Shown: piece after piece, positions 24,411 through 36,574 of the stretch
How positions within the stretch are numbered: the stretch's first letter is position 1
How the letters are laid out: each line of letters begins with the position of its first letter
From: Lama glama
Lineage: Eukaryota
Reading direction: 5' to 3'
Length of the DNA stretch: 64,000 nt
NCBI GenBank assembly: GCA_028534125.1
Contig: CM052832.1
Coordinates: 9,302,001 to 9,366,000, forward strand
Program-made: the position numbers and the translations under genes
The notes under the pieces: generated by a model
Databases searched by the model: none
What the model was told of the DNA's origin: nothing
The model's input: only the letters and a program-made list of their open reading frames with translations

Positions 24411-25505
24411 AGTATTGGGTGGTGGGTTCAGGAAGATTCCTTCTATGGGAGAGACCGTCTTGACTGTGTTTGTGACGAGGTCCCCTAGTGCAGTGATGGA
24501 GGTGGGAGCCAGGAGGAGCCAGTTCTCATTTTGAAGGCAAGGTAGACTTTTTTTGGGGGGGGTTTGTTTTGGAAACTTTAAAAAAAAACCAATTACAAAA
24601 TGTTGCCCATCAAAGTAGTGACACTCGGTGCCTGTGTGTGCATTTAATTTATTTTTTTATTACCACGAACGCATTTTTTTTTTTTTTTGATGACCACAAA
24701 CGCAGATAGGATATGGGAAACTGTGGCTGTATCTGATAGCTGTCGGTTTCCTGCATATGCAAGATGGTGCTGGGAGATCTCAGCTCTGAAGGGCTGTGTT
24801 TGCAGCCAGGTGTGCGATTCCTTGTCGCAGGGCCGCTTTTCACCGTGAAGGGACAGATGGCGCTGGGTGATGAGGCCTTCTTGGTTTGGTTCCAGGGTTT
24901 GCAGGCAGAGCTAGTTCAGAGATGAGTAAGAAGGGGGCCCTTTCTTGCTTGTTGATTTGAGGCTCAAATATGCATACTGAAACTCTTCCTCACTTTCCCT
25001 CTTCCTGTCGATTGGCCTTGAAACATCTTCATCTCATTTGTGGACGGACAGAGTAGGAGGTGGAGGGAACACCTTTGTATGAGAGAAGCAGTTTTCAGAG
25101 AGGAGTTGGGGATGGGCTGGAGGGAACCAAGCTGAGTTCCTCTCGGGATGAATAGTGCATCAGTCGGTAAGGTTCAAAAAGATGCTTCTAGCAGGCTGCT
25201 TGACCTGAGGTGATGTAGAAGCCATGAGAGGAGCGTCACGGCTGCTAAATGAGTTCAGCATCCCGGGCAGCTGTAGTTGAAGGAGGAGAACTTGCAGAGG
25301 AAGGAAAGAGGCGGGGACGCGGATGAAGCGGATTTGGAAAGCCAGGTCTCTCACGGTGACTGCTTGAGAGAAGAGGGGCTGTCTCACATGCTTGAAAGTT
25401 TAACATGTGGAAGATGGAGCGGAGGTGTTCTGTGTGGTTCCAGAAGGTAAAGCTAGAACGGAAAGGTAGAAGCTATAGGAGGAGGCATTTGGTCTTCGCA
25501 TACGT

Positions 25506-25790
25506 CAATGTTTTTCAAACTGCAGTTTGCAGTCCATTAGTAGGTTGTGCAATCAATTTAGTGATAAACCAACAATTTCAAAAAATGAAGTAGAATAGAA
25601 AAGAAAGAGCAGAATAGGAAAAAAAATCTTGAGTGGATCAGATGTGTATGGGTCAGCACTGTTTCTTGAAAATATTTGTTCAGTTTTATGTATTTATATG
25701 TATTTATATGTATGTGTAGGTATTTTATGTACTGAGTCATGGTATAGTATCTTACTAGGGGTGAGGTGGAAAATGTTTAAAAGCTGTTGT
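25506..25790. mobile_element. hAT-Charlie-type MER fossil
   Basis: TGTTTTTCAAACTGCAG...CCATTAGTAGGTTGTGCAATCAATTTAGTG; related copy at ~33570. Confidence 0.6.
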
Positions 25791-25804
25791 TACAAGCTAC
25801 CATT

Positions 25805-26050
25805 TAATAAATACTTACTATTTATTAGCACTTACACTGTGCTAGGCCCTTTGCTAAGTGCTTTATATACATTTTCTCATTTAAATTTCACAACGACCCT
25901 GCTAGGCAGATATTATTGTTCCAATCTTAGAGATGAGGAAGTTAGGGTTCTCAGGGGCTGAGTGACTTTCCCAGTGTCAGGGAGTATATAAGAGGCTGAA
26001 CTTGGGATTGAACCCAAGTCCAGGTCGCTTAAAAGCCTGTGTATATGGTT
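25805..26050 (-). mobile_element. MIR SINE
   Basis: ACTATTTATTAGCACTTAC...AGATGAGGAAGTTAGGG...GGGATTGAACCCAAGTC. Confidence 0.8.
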
Positions 26051-26989
26051 ATGACCACCCTCCACTGCCACCTGTACCTCAGGTCAGTTCCGACTCTTGG
26101 GTCTCTTGGATTATCGGTTGCAATGTGATTGAATTAATAGATTCAGATTTCTTTAGGTGGGATTTTCTTTGAACAAGTTTTCTCATTTTTTCTGTAATGC
26201 ATGTTTATTTTACAATTGTAAAAAGTTTTTGAAAATGAACTGTTTTCTGGAGTGAACAAAATCAATTTTGTAATTTAAAAAAGACATTGCAAAGAAAAGA
26301 ATACCACAGTGCAACAAAAACTAAGAATTCTCCCTGGCATGTTTGTGAGGACAGCTGGCAGCTGGCGGCTCCTCCTCTTGTGTGGGCTGGGGGAGCGGGG
26401 TGTGGACCACAGGAGGCCCCCAGTTGACAGGTTCTCCGTGGACTGCAGCATCTCATCAGTTGCCTGGACCAGCCCATCCTCCTTGCACAGAGCAGGATGA
26501 GGCAGGGGTCATGCTTGGGAGAGCTCCCTTTCCCTCCCAACTGCAAACTGAAGCTTCCATTGATTCTATTGAAAGCTGGAAATGATCTTAGAAGTCATTT
26601 CCACTAACCTCTTTGGTGTAGAGAAGACAAAACTAAGCCCTAAAGAGGGGATGTGATTTTGCTTTGCCCTTGACCCATCTCACAGGGAACAGAACCAGAC
26701 CAGCTCTCAGGTGGGTTGGATTATGTTGCTTCCCCAAGAGAAAGGGGGTCCTGAAAGTTGGTTGATCTTGTGAGGGGAATAAAGAGGAAAAAAACGGCAA
26801 GCCTTCTAATTTCACAGGGGAATTCCAAAATGGAAGTGAGGGGAGTGGGATTTAGTTGGAAGAACCTCAGCCTTGGAGTTGAGGGACCCAGGTTCTGCTC
26901 CCAACTTTAAAACTCACTGTGCGATCTTGGGTGAATCACTCACTCACTGTTGGAGGACACGTTAATTCTTAATCTTCAATTTAAAAAAG

Positions 26990-28550
26990 AATTTTAATTG
27001 AAATATAGTTGATTTAAAATGTTGTGTTAATTCCTGGTGTACGGCATAGTGATTCATATTCCTTTTCGTGTTCTTTTTCATTATGGGCTATTACAAGATA
27101 TTGAATATAGTTCTCTATGCTATACAGTAGGACCCTGTTTATCTATTTTATATATAGTAGTTAGTATCTGCAAATTTCAAACTTCCTATTTATCCCTCCC
27201 CTCCTCCTTTCCCCCCTGGTAACCGTAAGTTTGTTTTCTGTGTCTTTGAATCTGTTTGTATTTTGTAAATAAGTTCTTTTATGTCATTTTTTTAGATTCC
27301 ACATATAAGTGATACCATATGGTATTTGTCTTTCTCTGACTTACTTTTAGTATGATAATCTCTAGGTCTATTCATGTTGCTGCAGATGGCATTATTTTAT
27401 TCTTTTTTATGGTTAAGTAGTATTCCATTATTATATATACCACATCTTCTTTATCCAGTCATCTGTGAATGGACATTTAGGTTGCTTACATTTCTTGGCT
27501 ATTGTAAACAGGGCTGATATGAACATTGGGGTGGGTGTATCTTTTCAAATTAGAGTTTTGTCCAGATATATGACCAAGAGTGTGATTGCTGGATCATATG
27601 TTAAGTCTGTTTTTAGTTTTTTAAGACATCTCTATACTGTTTCCATAGTGGTTGTACCAAACTACATTCCCACCAACAGTGTAAGAGGGTTCCCTTTTTT
27701 CCACATCCTCTCCTGTGTTTATCATTTGTGGACTTTTTAATGATAACCATTCTGACCAGTGTGAGGTGATTCCTCATTGTTTTGATTTGCATTTCTCTGA
27801 TAATTAGTGATACTGAGCATTTTTTTCATGTGCTTATTGGCCATCTATATGTCTTCATTGGAGAAATGTCTGTGTAGGTCTTCTGCCCAGTTTTTGATTG
27901 GGTTGTTTGTGTTTTTGTTACTGAGTTGTATAAGCTGTTTGTATATTCTGGAAATTAATCCCTTGTCAGTCTCATCATTTGCAAATACTGTCTCCCATTC
28001 TATAGGTTGTCTTTTTGTTTTGTTTATAGTTTCCTTTGCTGTGCAAAAGCTTGTAAGTTTAATTAGGTCCCATTTGTTTATTTTTGCTTTTATTTCTATT
28101 GCCTTGGTAGACTGACCTAGGAGAACATTGCTACAATTTACATCAGAGGAAGTTTTGCCTATGTTCCTTTCTAGGAGGGTTATGGTGTCTTGTCTTATGT
28201 TTAAGTATTTAAGCCATTTTGAGTTTTTTTGTGTGTATGGTGTGAGGGAGTGTTCTAACTTCATTGATTTACATGTGGCTGTCCAGCTTTCCCAACACCA
28301 TTCATCAAAGAGACCGTCTTTACTCCATTGTATGTTCTTGCCTCCTCTGTCGAAGATCAATTGACCAAAAGTATATGGGTCTATTTCTGGACTCTCAGTT
28401 TTGTTCCATTGATCTATGTGTCTGTTCTTGTGCCAATATCATGCTGTTTGGATTACTGTAGCTCTGTAGTGTTGTCTGAAGTCTGGGAGGGTTATTCCCC
28501 CAGCTTTGTTCTTTTTTGCAGTATTGCTTTGGCAATTCTGGGTCTTTTGT
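26990..28550 (-). mobile_element. 5'-truncated relatively young L1 (ORF2 C-terminus + 3'UTR)
   Basis: ORF 27845-28360 translates to the L1 ORF2 C-terminus ([11 protein letters not shown]...[20 protein letters not shown]...); 3'UTR similar to the copies at 14466 and 47810. Confidence 0.93.
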
Positions 28551-29742
28551 GACAGATTAATTATTGTCCCTCACATATTGCTTAGTCAGCCCATGGCAGG
28601 AGTACTCATCCCCAGCAGAGCTTGTCCTCAGGCTTATTTCCTTCCAAAGTCAATGGCCTAATCTTCACAGAGGAGGTTGCCATTAGCCATCTTCTGTAGA
28701 ACTTAGGCCACGCCTATAGGAAATTCTCCAGATTGGTGGGTGCCAGCCATTGGGGAACTTAGTTGCTGCATGAGCATGGGGTACCATCTCAGCTCTTTGA
28801 CCAGCTCCTCAAATTTGGGGATTGTGTTTTCTGAAACCCCAGTATGTAGCAGGGTGCTGAGATTCTGCATGCTTTAGACATGTGGTTCATTGAATTGATG
28901 GTGTGTATGGGTGTATTGTGTGTGTGGTGCCTGTGTCACATGGAAGTGGGGTCCAGGTCTACATTCAGACAACCTGTGTGATTGTTGCTCTTCAACACAG
29001 ACTGTCTGATTTCAGAATCAAGCCGTATCAAGGAGCTCTGTGGTTTGTGATGGGGTTGATTTGAACTGGGTCACTCTGTGCCTAAGTAGGCAACCTGAGG
29101 GAGGGGACTCAGCAGAAGGGGTGGGGAGAGGCAGAAGCTTTTTCTGGGCTTCCAAGTTACCCAAGGAGATGGGCACAGTTAAGAAGTCACTAGGATTGTG
29201 GCAGATGGTGATCAGTTTCCAGAATTGTCTCAGATGGATCATAAAAGAGCTGATAAATTTCTCTTAGGTGGACCATCCTGGATCTGAGATCCTCACTGGT
29301 CAAAGCATTGTTCCCTTGGCCCAGGATATAACTATAAAGCAACTGTTACCCTGCCTGGTGGCCTCAGCTGGGAGCGAAGGCAGTTGCTATTGTTGTTGGG
29401 GTTTGTTTTGCGCCCTGTTATCAAAACGAATAATATGACACTTTAAGGCTTTATGACTTGATTAGTGGCATCAGCACTTGAAAGAGCTGGCTTGGGGCTG
29501 CTGTTAAAGGTTAGGGGAGAGTAATTAAATGGTAGTTGTGAAACGCAGGGGTGGTTTCTATTTACCAATGGCTTTGCGGGAGCCCTGCCACTTACTGAAC
29601 CCCCATGGTGAATTTTTCCAATAGAAAACAAATTGGTTAGTTTGGGCACTTTGCTGTTGACTCTGGACCCCAGGCAGCCCTCAGTTCTCTCTGTGCCTGT
29701 GGTTAACACCTGTAATCTGCTGCCTGGGAGCCCTCAGTGTCA

Positions 29743-29900
29743 TCTAGTCCTTTGCTCGAAAAGCATAGCCCCCAGACCAGTGGCATCCGGCATCACCCGG
29801 GAGCTTCTTAGAAATAAACACAGAGCCCACCATTGCAGAATCAGGATCTGCATTAAGATCCCCAGGTGATCTGGGTGTGCTTAAAGTTTAAGAGGTGCTG
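29743..29900. mobile_element. MER5A-like DNA transposon fossil
   Basis: GCATCACCCGGGAGCTTCTTAGAAAT...AGATCCCCAGGTGAT...TTAAAGTTTAAGAGGTGCTG. Confidence 0.7.
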
Positions 29901-30487
29901 GGCTAGCACAGATGCCCCCCAAGGTTAGAGATTTGTGGCAATGTGGTTTTTATTGTGTAGTGCAATAAACTATTTAAACCCTAGTGCAGCAGTATGATTC
30001 CCAGGCTGTGTCTTTAATTAGAGCCTGGACTTGTGTGTGTGTGTGTCTGTCCATTGTCACTTGTGGCATCAGCATAGGGTTGTGGTTTACAGTACTCTCC
30101 GCAGCTCACCGAATTCTTGGCACAGCTAGTCATTTCTTTGAATGCAAGTCTGGCATCCTAGAATGTGGGGGGTGTGACCAAAACACCACTTTCTTCCTGT
30201 TACACCCCTGCACAGGAGCCCACAGCGGCTCCCACTGTCTGCTGTGTCATATCCAAACCTCGGGGGGCCCCAGGCTCACCTGCCCCCTCTTCTACACCAT
30301 TAGCACACTGGGCTGATCCTCCCGCACCTCTTCCCCACCGCCCTCCTGGTGGTCAGTAATTTCTCCCTTCTCTGCACTCCTGACTTGCTCTGCTGTACCA
30401 TGGAGTCCCTGGTTGTTCTGGCCTGCTTATTAAGGTCTTGTTGTTCCTTGTGGGCCAGTCTTAGCCCCTCACTCAGATAACACACTT

Positions 30488-30856
30488 TTATTTTACTTCT
30501 TTTCCTGCCAGCCTTATTGAGATATAATGAACTTACAGCACGGTACAAGTTCAAGGTGTACAGCGTCACAACTTGACTTACATACATCATGAAACGATTA
30601 CTGTAGTAAGTTGGAGTGAGCCTCCATCATCTCATATAGATAACAAAAGAAAAGAAAAAGAAAAAAAAATTTTTTTCCTTGTGATGAGAACTCATAGTTT
30701 TTTGGGGAAGAAGGGGCAGTAATTAGGTTTGTTTGTTTGTTTGTTTGTTTATTTAAATGGAAGTACTGGGGATTGAACCCAGGACCTCTTGCACGCAAGA
30801 CATGCACTCTATCACTGAGCTGTACCCTCCCCTCATTGAGAACCCTTAGGATCCAT
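30488..30856 (-). mobile_element. L1MA9-like 3' end interrupted by a SINE
   Basis: TTATTGAGATATAAT...AAGTTCAAGGTGTACAGC...TTTCCTTGTGATGAGAAC...TTAGGATC. Confidence 0.75.
30698..30837 (-). mobile_element. Vic-1-type SINE with (GTTT)n tail, nested in L1
   Basis: GTACTGGGGATTGAACCCAGGACC...ACTGAGCTGTACCCTCCCC. TSD TGAGAAC(TCA/CCT)TAG at 30685-30697 and 30838-30850. Confidence 0.85.
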
Positions 30857-31389
30857 GCTTTTAGAAGGAAAGAAGACTGTTGTTTGCCTGAGACCCCGAG
30901 AATCAGGCAGGTGCCTCGTGAACAGACACCTGTGGATTCCTTGGTGCCAACCATCAGGAGGCTGAGGATTTGGTATGAGTTGGGTGAGGTGGGCTGCTGG
31001 CTTCAACGTAGGGTAGGGGCTGGTGAGGGCTCTGAAAAGAAGCCCAGGAGAGATTAGAAGGGACTCCACTGAGGGGAAGTGGAGGGAACTGGGCCATTGA
31101 CCTCCAGTCTTGCCCTGATGGTACTGGAGGTGGGGGAAGAGCACCAGCTTGTTTCTGGTTGATTGCAAACCTGTCCATTCTGTTTTTATGTGAATCTGGT
31201 GCTGAGGAAAGAGAGGGGAGGCTCAGTGGGGAGGAGAGGTGCAGAAACTGGAAATCAGGCTGTTTGGGCATTGTCCTAGTAAAGTTTGAGGCAGAAGCTA
31301 TATTTACTTCTTACAGTGATGCTGGTAGGATCTTTTTCTATGTTTAGAAATAGTTTATATAATGTAAGAGTATGTATTCTTTAAAAAAA

Positions 31390-33960
31390 ACCCTGAAACT
31401 AGAATAGAATAAAATTTAAACAGACGAATTACCATAGAAGAAACTGAGAAACTTATCCAAGAGCTGTTCCTTAAAATAGTCATAGGACCAGACGGTTTCA
31501 CAGGTAAATTTTTTCCAGTATTGAAGGTACAGATGATTCTAATGCTGTTTAAATTGTTCTGGAGCAAAGAAATAAGGGATACTTAAATTCTTGTTACAAA
31601 GCTAGCGTAACAATATGTGACAAGAGCACAGTATGGCCACACGTAAAACTATAAAGTGATCTTAGTTTTGAATATTGATACAAAATCCTTAATAACATAA
31701 TTAACAAACAGAATGCATCAGCCCACTGAAAGAACTCATGGGCACGTGGGTTTCAGAACAGGAATGCAAGGATAGGTTAATTTTAGGATTTCTGTGAATA
31801 AATTCACCATAATAAAGGATCCAAGGAGAAAATAAAATGCTGAAAAAGGTTTATGAAAAAGAAAGCTCTGTTTCTAATAAAAACTCATAATGTAGGAATA
31901 ACTAGATACTGCCTCATCATGAGAAAATACATCCTTGTCAAGCTGGTAGGCAAAGTTTGCTTAATACTGAAATGGTGAATACTAGATACATTTCAATTAA
32001 AATCATTTTTTAAGTACCATAATTATATAACATTGTTTTGGAGAGATACGCTGGTATAATTAGATAAGAGAAAGAAGTAAGAGGTATAAAACTAGAAGGG
32101 AGGAGGCAAAACTCAAAAACAATAAAAGAATTCAGTGAGGTAGTTGAGTGCGTAATTAATGCACAGAAATCACTAACTGTCCCACATAAACATTATTCAC
32201 CTAGAAAACATGATGAAAGAAAAAAATACCGCTTTTGTAAGCAACAGAAGAGATAAGGTATCTTGTTATAAGCTTCATAAAAATTATATTTATATGAATT
32301 ATATTTATATGTAACTTCAGCGCTATGAAGAGACATGAAAGAATTAAACAGGAAGATAGTATAACCCTGGCTAGAAAGACCCAGTGTTATAAAAATCCTA
32401 TACATTTAAGATGTGATCATAATAAAACTACTGATAGGATTATTTTGGTAGTAGAAAACTGATTCTAAGTTCATATTGGGAAATTAGCATATGTGAAAAT
32501 ATAAAAAAGAAAAACGGAGGAGAGTCCAGCTCTAACAGATATTAAATATTTAAGAAAGCTACAGTGGTGAGGATAATTTGGTACTGAATAGACTAAACAA
32601 GTGATGGAACAGAATAGGGAGCCCTGAAATAAACAGGGGTGTTGTGTGTGTGCGTAATTTGTGATAAAGGCAGTATTTCAAATTTATGGGGAAAGATACA
32701 TCTTTGTATCAGATTACCACCTTGCAGGGAGAATTCCTAATTTGTACCTTAGATCAAAGTAAGTCCATCAAAGATAGATCAAAGATTTAATGAAGAATGA
32801 AAGTGTAAAAGTACTAGAATTTTTCTACAATCTTGGAGTAGAGAGACATTTCTTAAGTTTGATGCAAGTCCTGGAAGATATAAAATAAAAGATTGGTAAA
32901 TTTGATGGCATAGAAAGGAGAAATTCTGTCTGAGAAAAACAGCATAAACAAAGTCAAAAGATATGTGATTCTCTGAGGCAAAAATATTTGCAACATATAT
33001 GATAAAAGTAGCTAATGAAGAACGAAGAAATTCTTCATTCTTAATTGAAGAATGATTCTTTGCCCATTTTTCAGTTAAGTTAATGATCCTTTGTTTCTAA
33101 CAACTCTTTGAATATTAAGAAAATTATTCTTAATAATTCTCTAATGAATTCAGAAATTCTTAGGAAAAGAAGTAATCTTAAAAAGAAAAGATGCACAGAG
33201 TCTCTTAAAATAAAACATGCAAATTAGAACTAAGGTAAGATGGCATTTGTAACCTATCAGATTAGAAAAGATCAAAACTTTTGATAATATACTGTTGGTG
33301 AGGGTGTAAAGAAAAGGTATTTTTATACACTGCTGCATATAACCATTTTGGAAGGCAGTTTGTGGTTTTTAATCTAAATTATTAATGCTTGTATCTTAGG
33401 ACTCGGTGGTTCGCCTCCCCGGTATCTGCTCTAGAGAAACATTCACGCACGTGCACGGTGTTCATTGAACATTGTTGAAATAGTGGGAAATTGGAGACAA
33501 TGACGTAAATGCCCATTAGTAGGATAGATAAGTAAATATTTATTTATTTACTAAGGACAAAATAAAACAGACTGTTCAGACCATTCGTGGGCCAATAAAT
33601 CAATTTAGTGGGTTGTGACACAGTGTGAAACAAAAAATAGACAATAGCAGAGTGCACCGCACAGACTGCGTAACTGTCTGGTGAGACTTTTGTTTCAGTT
33701 TTGCATATTCACAAGTGTGAACTGGGTCACAATATAAAATATCTTTCTTCCTGTGGAACTCAGAAAAGTCGGAAAAACACTGCCAGAGTAGTTAGAAGAA
33801 ATATATTAGGTTGATACCTTATGATATAAGAAGAGATCTCAGAAATGTAATGTTGAGTGAGGAAAAGCAAGCTGAAGAATGATTTGTGCAGTGTGATGCC
33901 ATTTTTGAAAAAGTTTTTTTTTGGTGGAATCATGTATTCATACAAAACAGGCCTGAAAGA
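31390..33960 (+). mobile_element. Ancient L1 (L1M/L1ME) ORF2 to 3'UTR remnant
   Basis: A-rich. GGACCAGACGGTTTCACAGGTAAATT encodes the GPDGFTG motif near the start of the RT region; CAGGAATGCAAGGATAGGTTAA and later C-terminal motifs; many stops. Confidence 0.8.
33570..33783. mobile_element. hAT-Charlie-type MER fossil inside the old L1
   Basis: CCATTCGTGGGCCAATAAATCAATTTAGTGGGTTGTGAC...GGAAAAACACTG; same family as 25506-25790. Confidence 0.6.
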
Positions 33961-34562
33961 TGTGCACCAGGCTTGTATCAGACAGGCCTTCTGGGGACAG
34001 GAGTGGTACTGAGAGAGGTCCCAGATTTAAATTACATGCTTTAATTTGTAGAAAGGGAAGTATGAATGTTTTACCTGTATATTTAAATGATCAAAAAATA
34101 TTTATATATTGTAGAAGGACTTTCCATGGAATCCATTGAACCCAGGCTGTTTTCCCATTGTTGTTGTGCATTTTTCTAACTCATCTTCTGTTACTGATCA
34201 GTTTAAGTGTTCTTCTTTTAGCTTTAGTTTGAGTATCTTAAAAATTTGTTCTAAAAAGTTATATCAGCTTTTTCACTTTGTTTTTCAGCTAGTAGTTTAA
34301 GATTGCACATAAAATTCCTTAAACAGTGTATCACTGGCTCATTTATTGGATCTTTGTACGTCTTTTCCAACTTTTCCAGTTTATTCTTTGGAATATTTTT
34401 TGGAAATTCATTGGGCCCATGGTTTAGTAATTGCAGATTTTTTTTTTAAGCGCCAACTTTAGCTTTTGTTCTTTTCTCTGACATTTGCTCATTTTCTTAT
34501 TTCTTAATTCTGTTTTCACTTTTCATTTTCCTCCTCCCTTTTTTCCATCAACACAAGTACAG

Positions 34563-34700
34563 CAGTGCTTCTCAAAAACTTGGATCCGCTGTGAAATGCG
34601 GATCCTAATCCAGCAGGCTGGGAGTGAGGCCCCAGGTTCCTCATTTCTAACCAGCTTCAGGTGGGGTTGACCTCTGAGGAGCGAGAAACTGGACGCAGTG
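34563..34700. mobile_element. MER5-like fossil
   Basis: CAGTGCTTCTCAAAACTT...GGGAGTGAGGCCCCAGG...CATTTCTAACCAGCT. Confidence 0.55.
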
Positions 34701-36574
34701 GTACCTGCTTCTCCTCTGACCTTAGGGCACCAAATATCCAAGTGTCTGGGATCCAGCAAACCCAGTAACTGTATAAAGATGATGCTTCTAAGTCTGCCAA
34801 AAAAAATGCATACTGTTCTCCTTTAAAGTAATGAAGGTGGAATGCCCTGACTCACCCAGTCACTTTGTCTGCCTCATGAGTGATGGACCACACACTTTCC
34901 AGGGGATCTGGGATCTGAAAGGGCAGAAGAGAGTTTGTGGCTACAGAATTTCTTTGGGCATATTTGCTTGGTTGAGCTGACAGCCTTGGCTCGGCACAGC
35001 TGTCTAGACTCTGCTGATCTAGCTGACCTTTTAGGTACGTTTGGATTAGTTGTTCTGAACCTTTTCTGTGGTCCATGGACCTCTGTGGGAATATGGTGGA
35101 AGCTATGGACTTCCTCTTCAGAGATATGCCGCTCCCATTTGTGCACACTGAAACCCCAACTTTTCTTGGACTCGTATGGGCTTCAAGCATCCCGAAGCCA
35201 TCTATGGACCATAGCACCCCTTATTTAAATAGTGCTGGTAAGGGGAAGAATCCCAAGATGAGGAATGCAGTCCACAACTCCCCGTGCTCTCAGCGGCAGT
35301 GGGGTTGGCTGGATGCTGGTTCCCCCTGTTGAGCTGAGCGGGGCAGACCCCCCCAGACTCAGCCTGCATTGTGTCCAGTGAGGGCAGCCCCTTGTGTTAC
35401 TCCTGCAGCTCCGCCTTGCCCTCAGCTCTGAGAGTCTGGCCTGAGGAAGCAGAGACACAGATCCCTTCCGACTGGGATTCTGGGTTCAGACACTGTTCTG
35501 GCTTTGACATGGCAGGGCCTCCTGCCTGGTTCCTGTGTCCCATTTCCTTCTCTAAGTCTCAGTTCTCCTAAGAGGCTGCTGTGTTGGTTCCTGTTCTGCT
35601 AACATGCCTGATACCCTGGGACCAAGATCCTGTCCTGGGCCTTTGCTGGAGATAGCAAGGTGTGGTGAGAAGGCTGAATCCCAGCTCATCCACTTACTGG
35701 CCGTGTGGCTCTGGGAGTATTACATAATCTGCTGGCCTCAGTTTCCTTGTTTGTGTGATGGGAACCCTTGACTGTACCTTCACAGAGGACTTGGAAAGAT
35801 AATTTGTGCGGTGTCTAGTGCGTAGTGTGTGTTAGTAACCAGTAACTGGCATGACCAGTCCTACTCCCAGAGGTTGGATCTTGCTGGATCCAGCCAGCTG
35901 GGGCCTTGATAACCTTCACGGATGTCTCAATGCCTGTGTTGCTGAGGCTCACCTGTCCCGGCCACTCCTCCTCTCATCACAGGGCATTGCCCACTTGTTG
36001 GGATGGTTGGAAACTTCATCTTATGCTGTCCCCTTCCCCAAAGTCACTGTGAGCCCAAACTCTAGCCGGAGTTCTCCAGCATCTCCCTGGGCAAGAGACC
36101 TGTCCAATGGACCACAGCTCTGTGTGTGCATGGAATGGGCTAGCTTGTCCATGCCCAGCTGATCCCAAGAAGGAAATTACAGATCAATTTCACTTAAAAA
36201 TACAGCTGCAAGAATCATCAGTGGAATAAATTAATAGATGAATGGCCTTACTACTTTGGGAAATATTTATTGTGCAGCTCCCATCCACTAGTCACGGTGC
36301 TTAGCACTGGTGATACGCTCACGCTTCTGTCCCCTGGGCTGTGATGGAGTCCCGAGGCCCATGGGGGTGGGGCGGGGTGGGGCAGACATGTGGACATTTG
36401 AATGCATTACAGTCCCTGTGATAAATGTGGTAGTTGGGGTTTGGGCATGGGCCCAGAGGAAGGAGCCAAGAACTGTATTTTTTAAAAATGAGGGTTGGGA
36501 AGGCTTCACTGCATAGGTGACAATTGAATTGGTTCTTGAAGGTTAATATCTCAATGTCTTTGTCTCTTATTTTT

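Noticed and set aside
27845..28360. 171-aa ORF with real protein similarity
   Set aside because: Fragment of L1 ORF2 in a 5'-truncated element; not a host gene and not autonomous.
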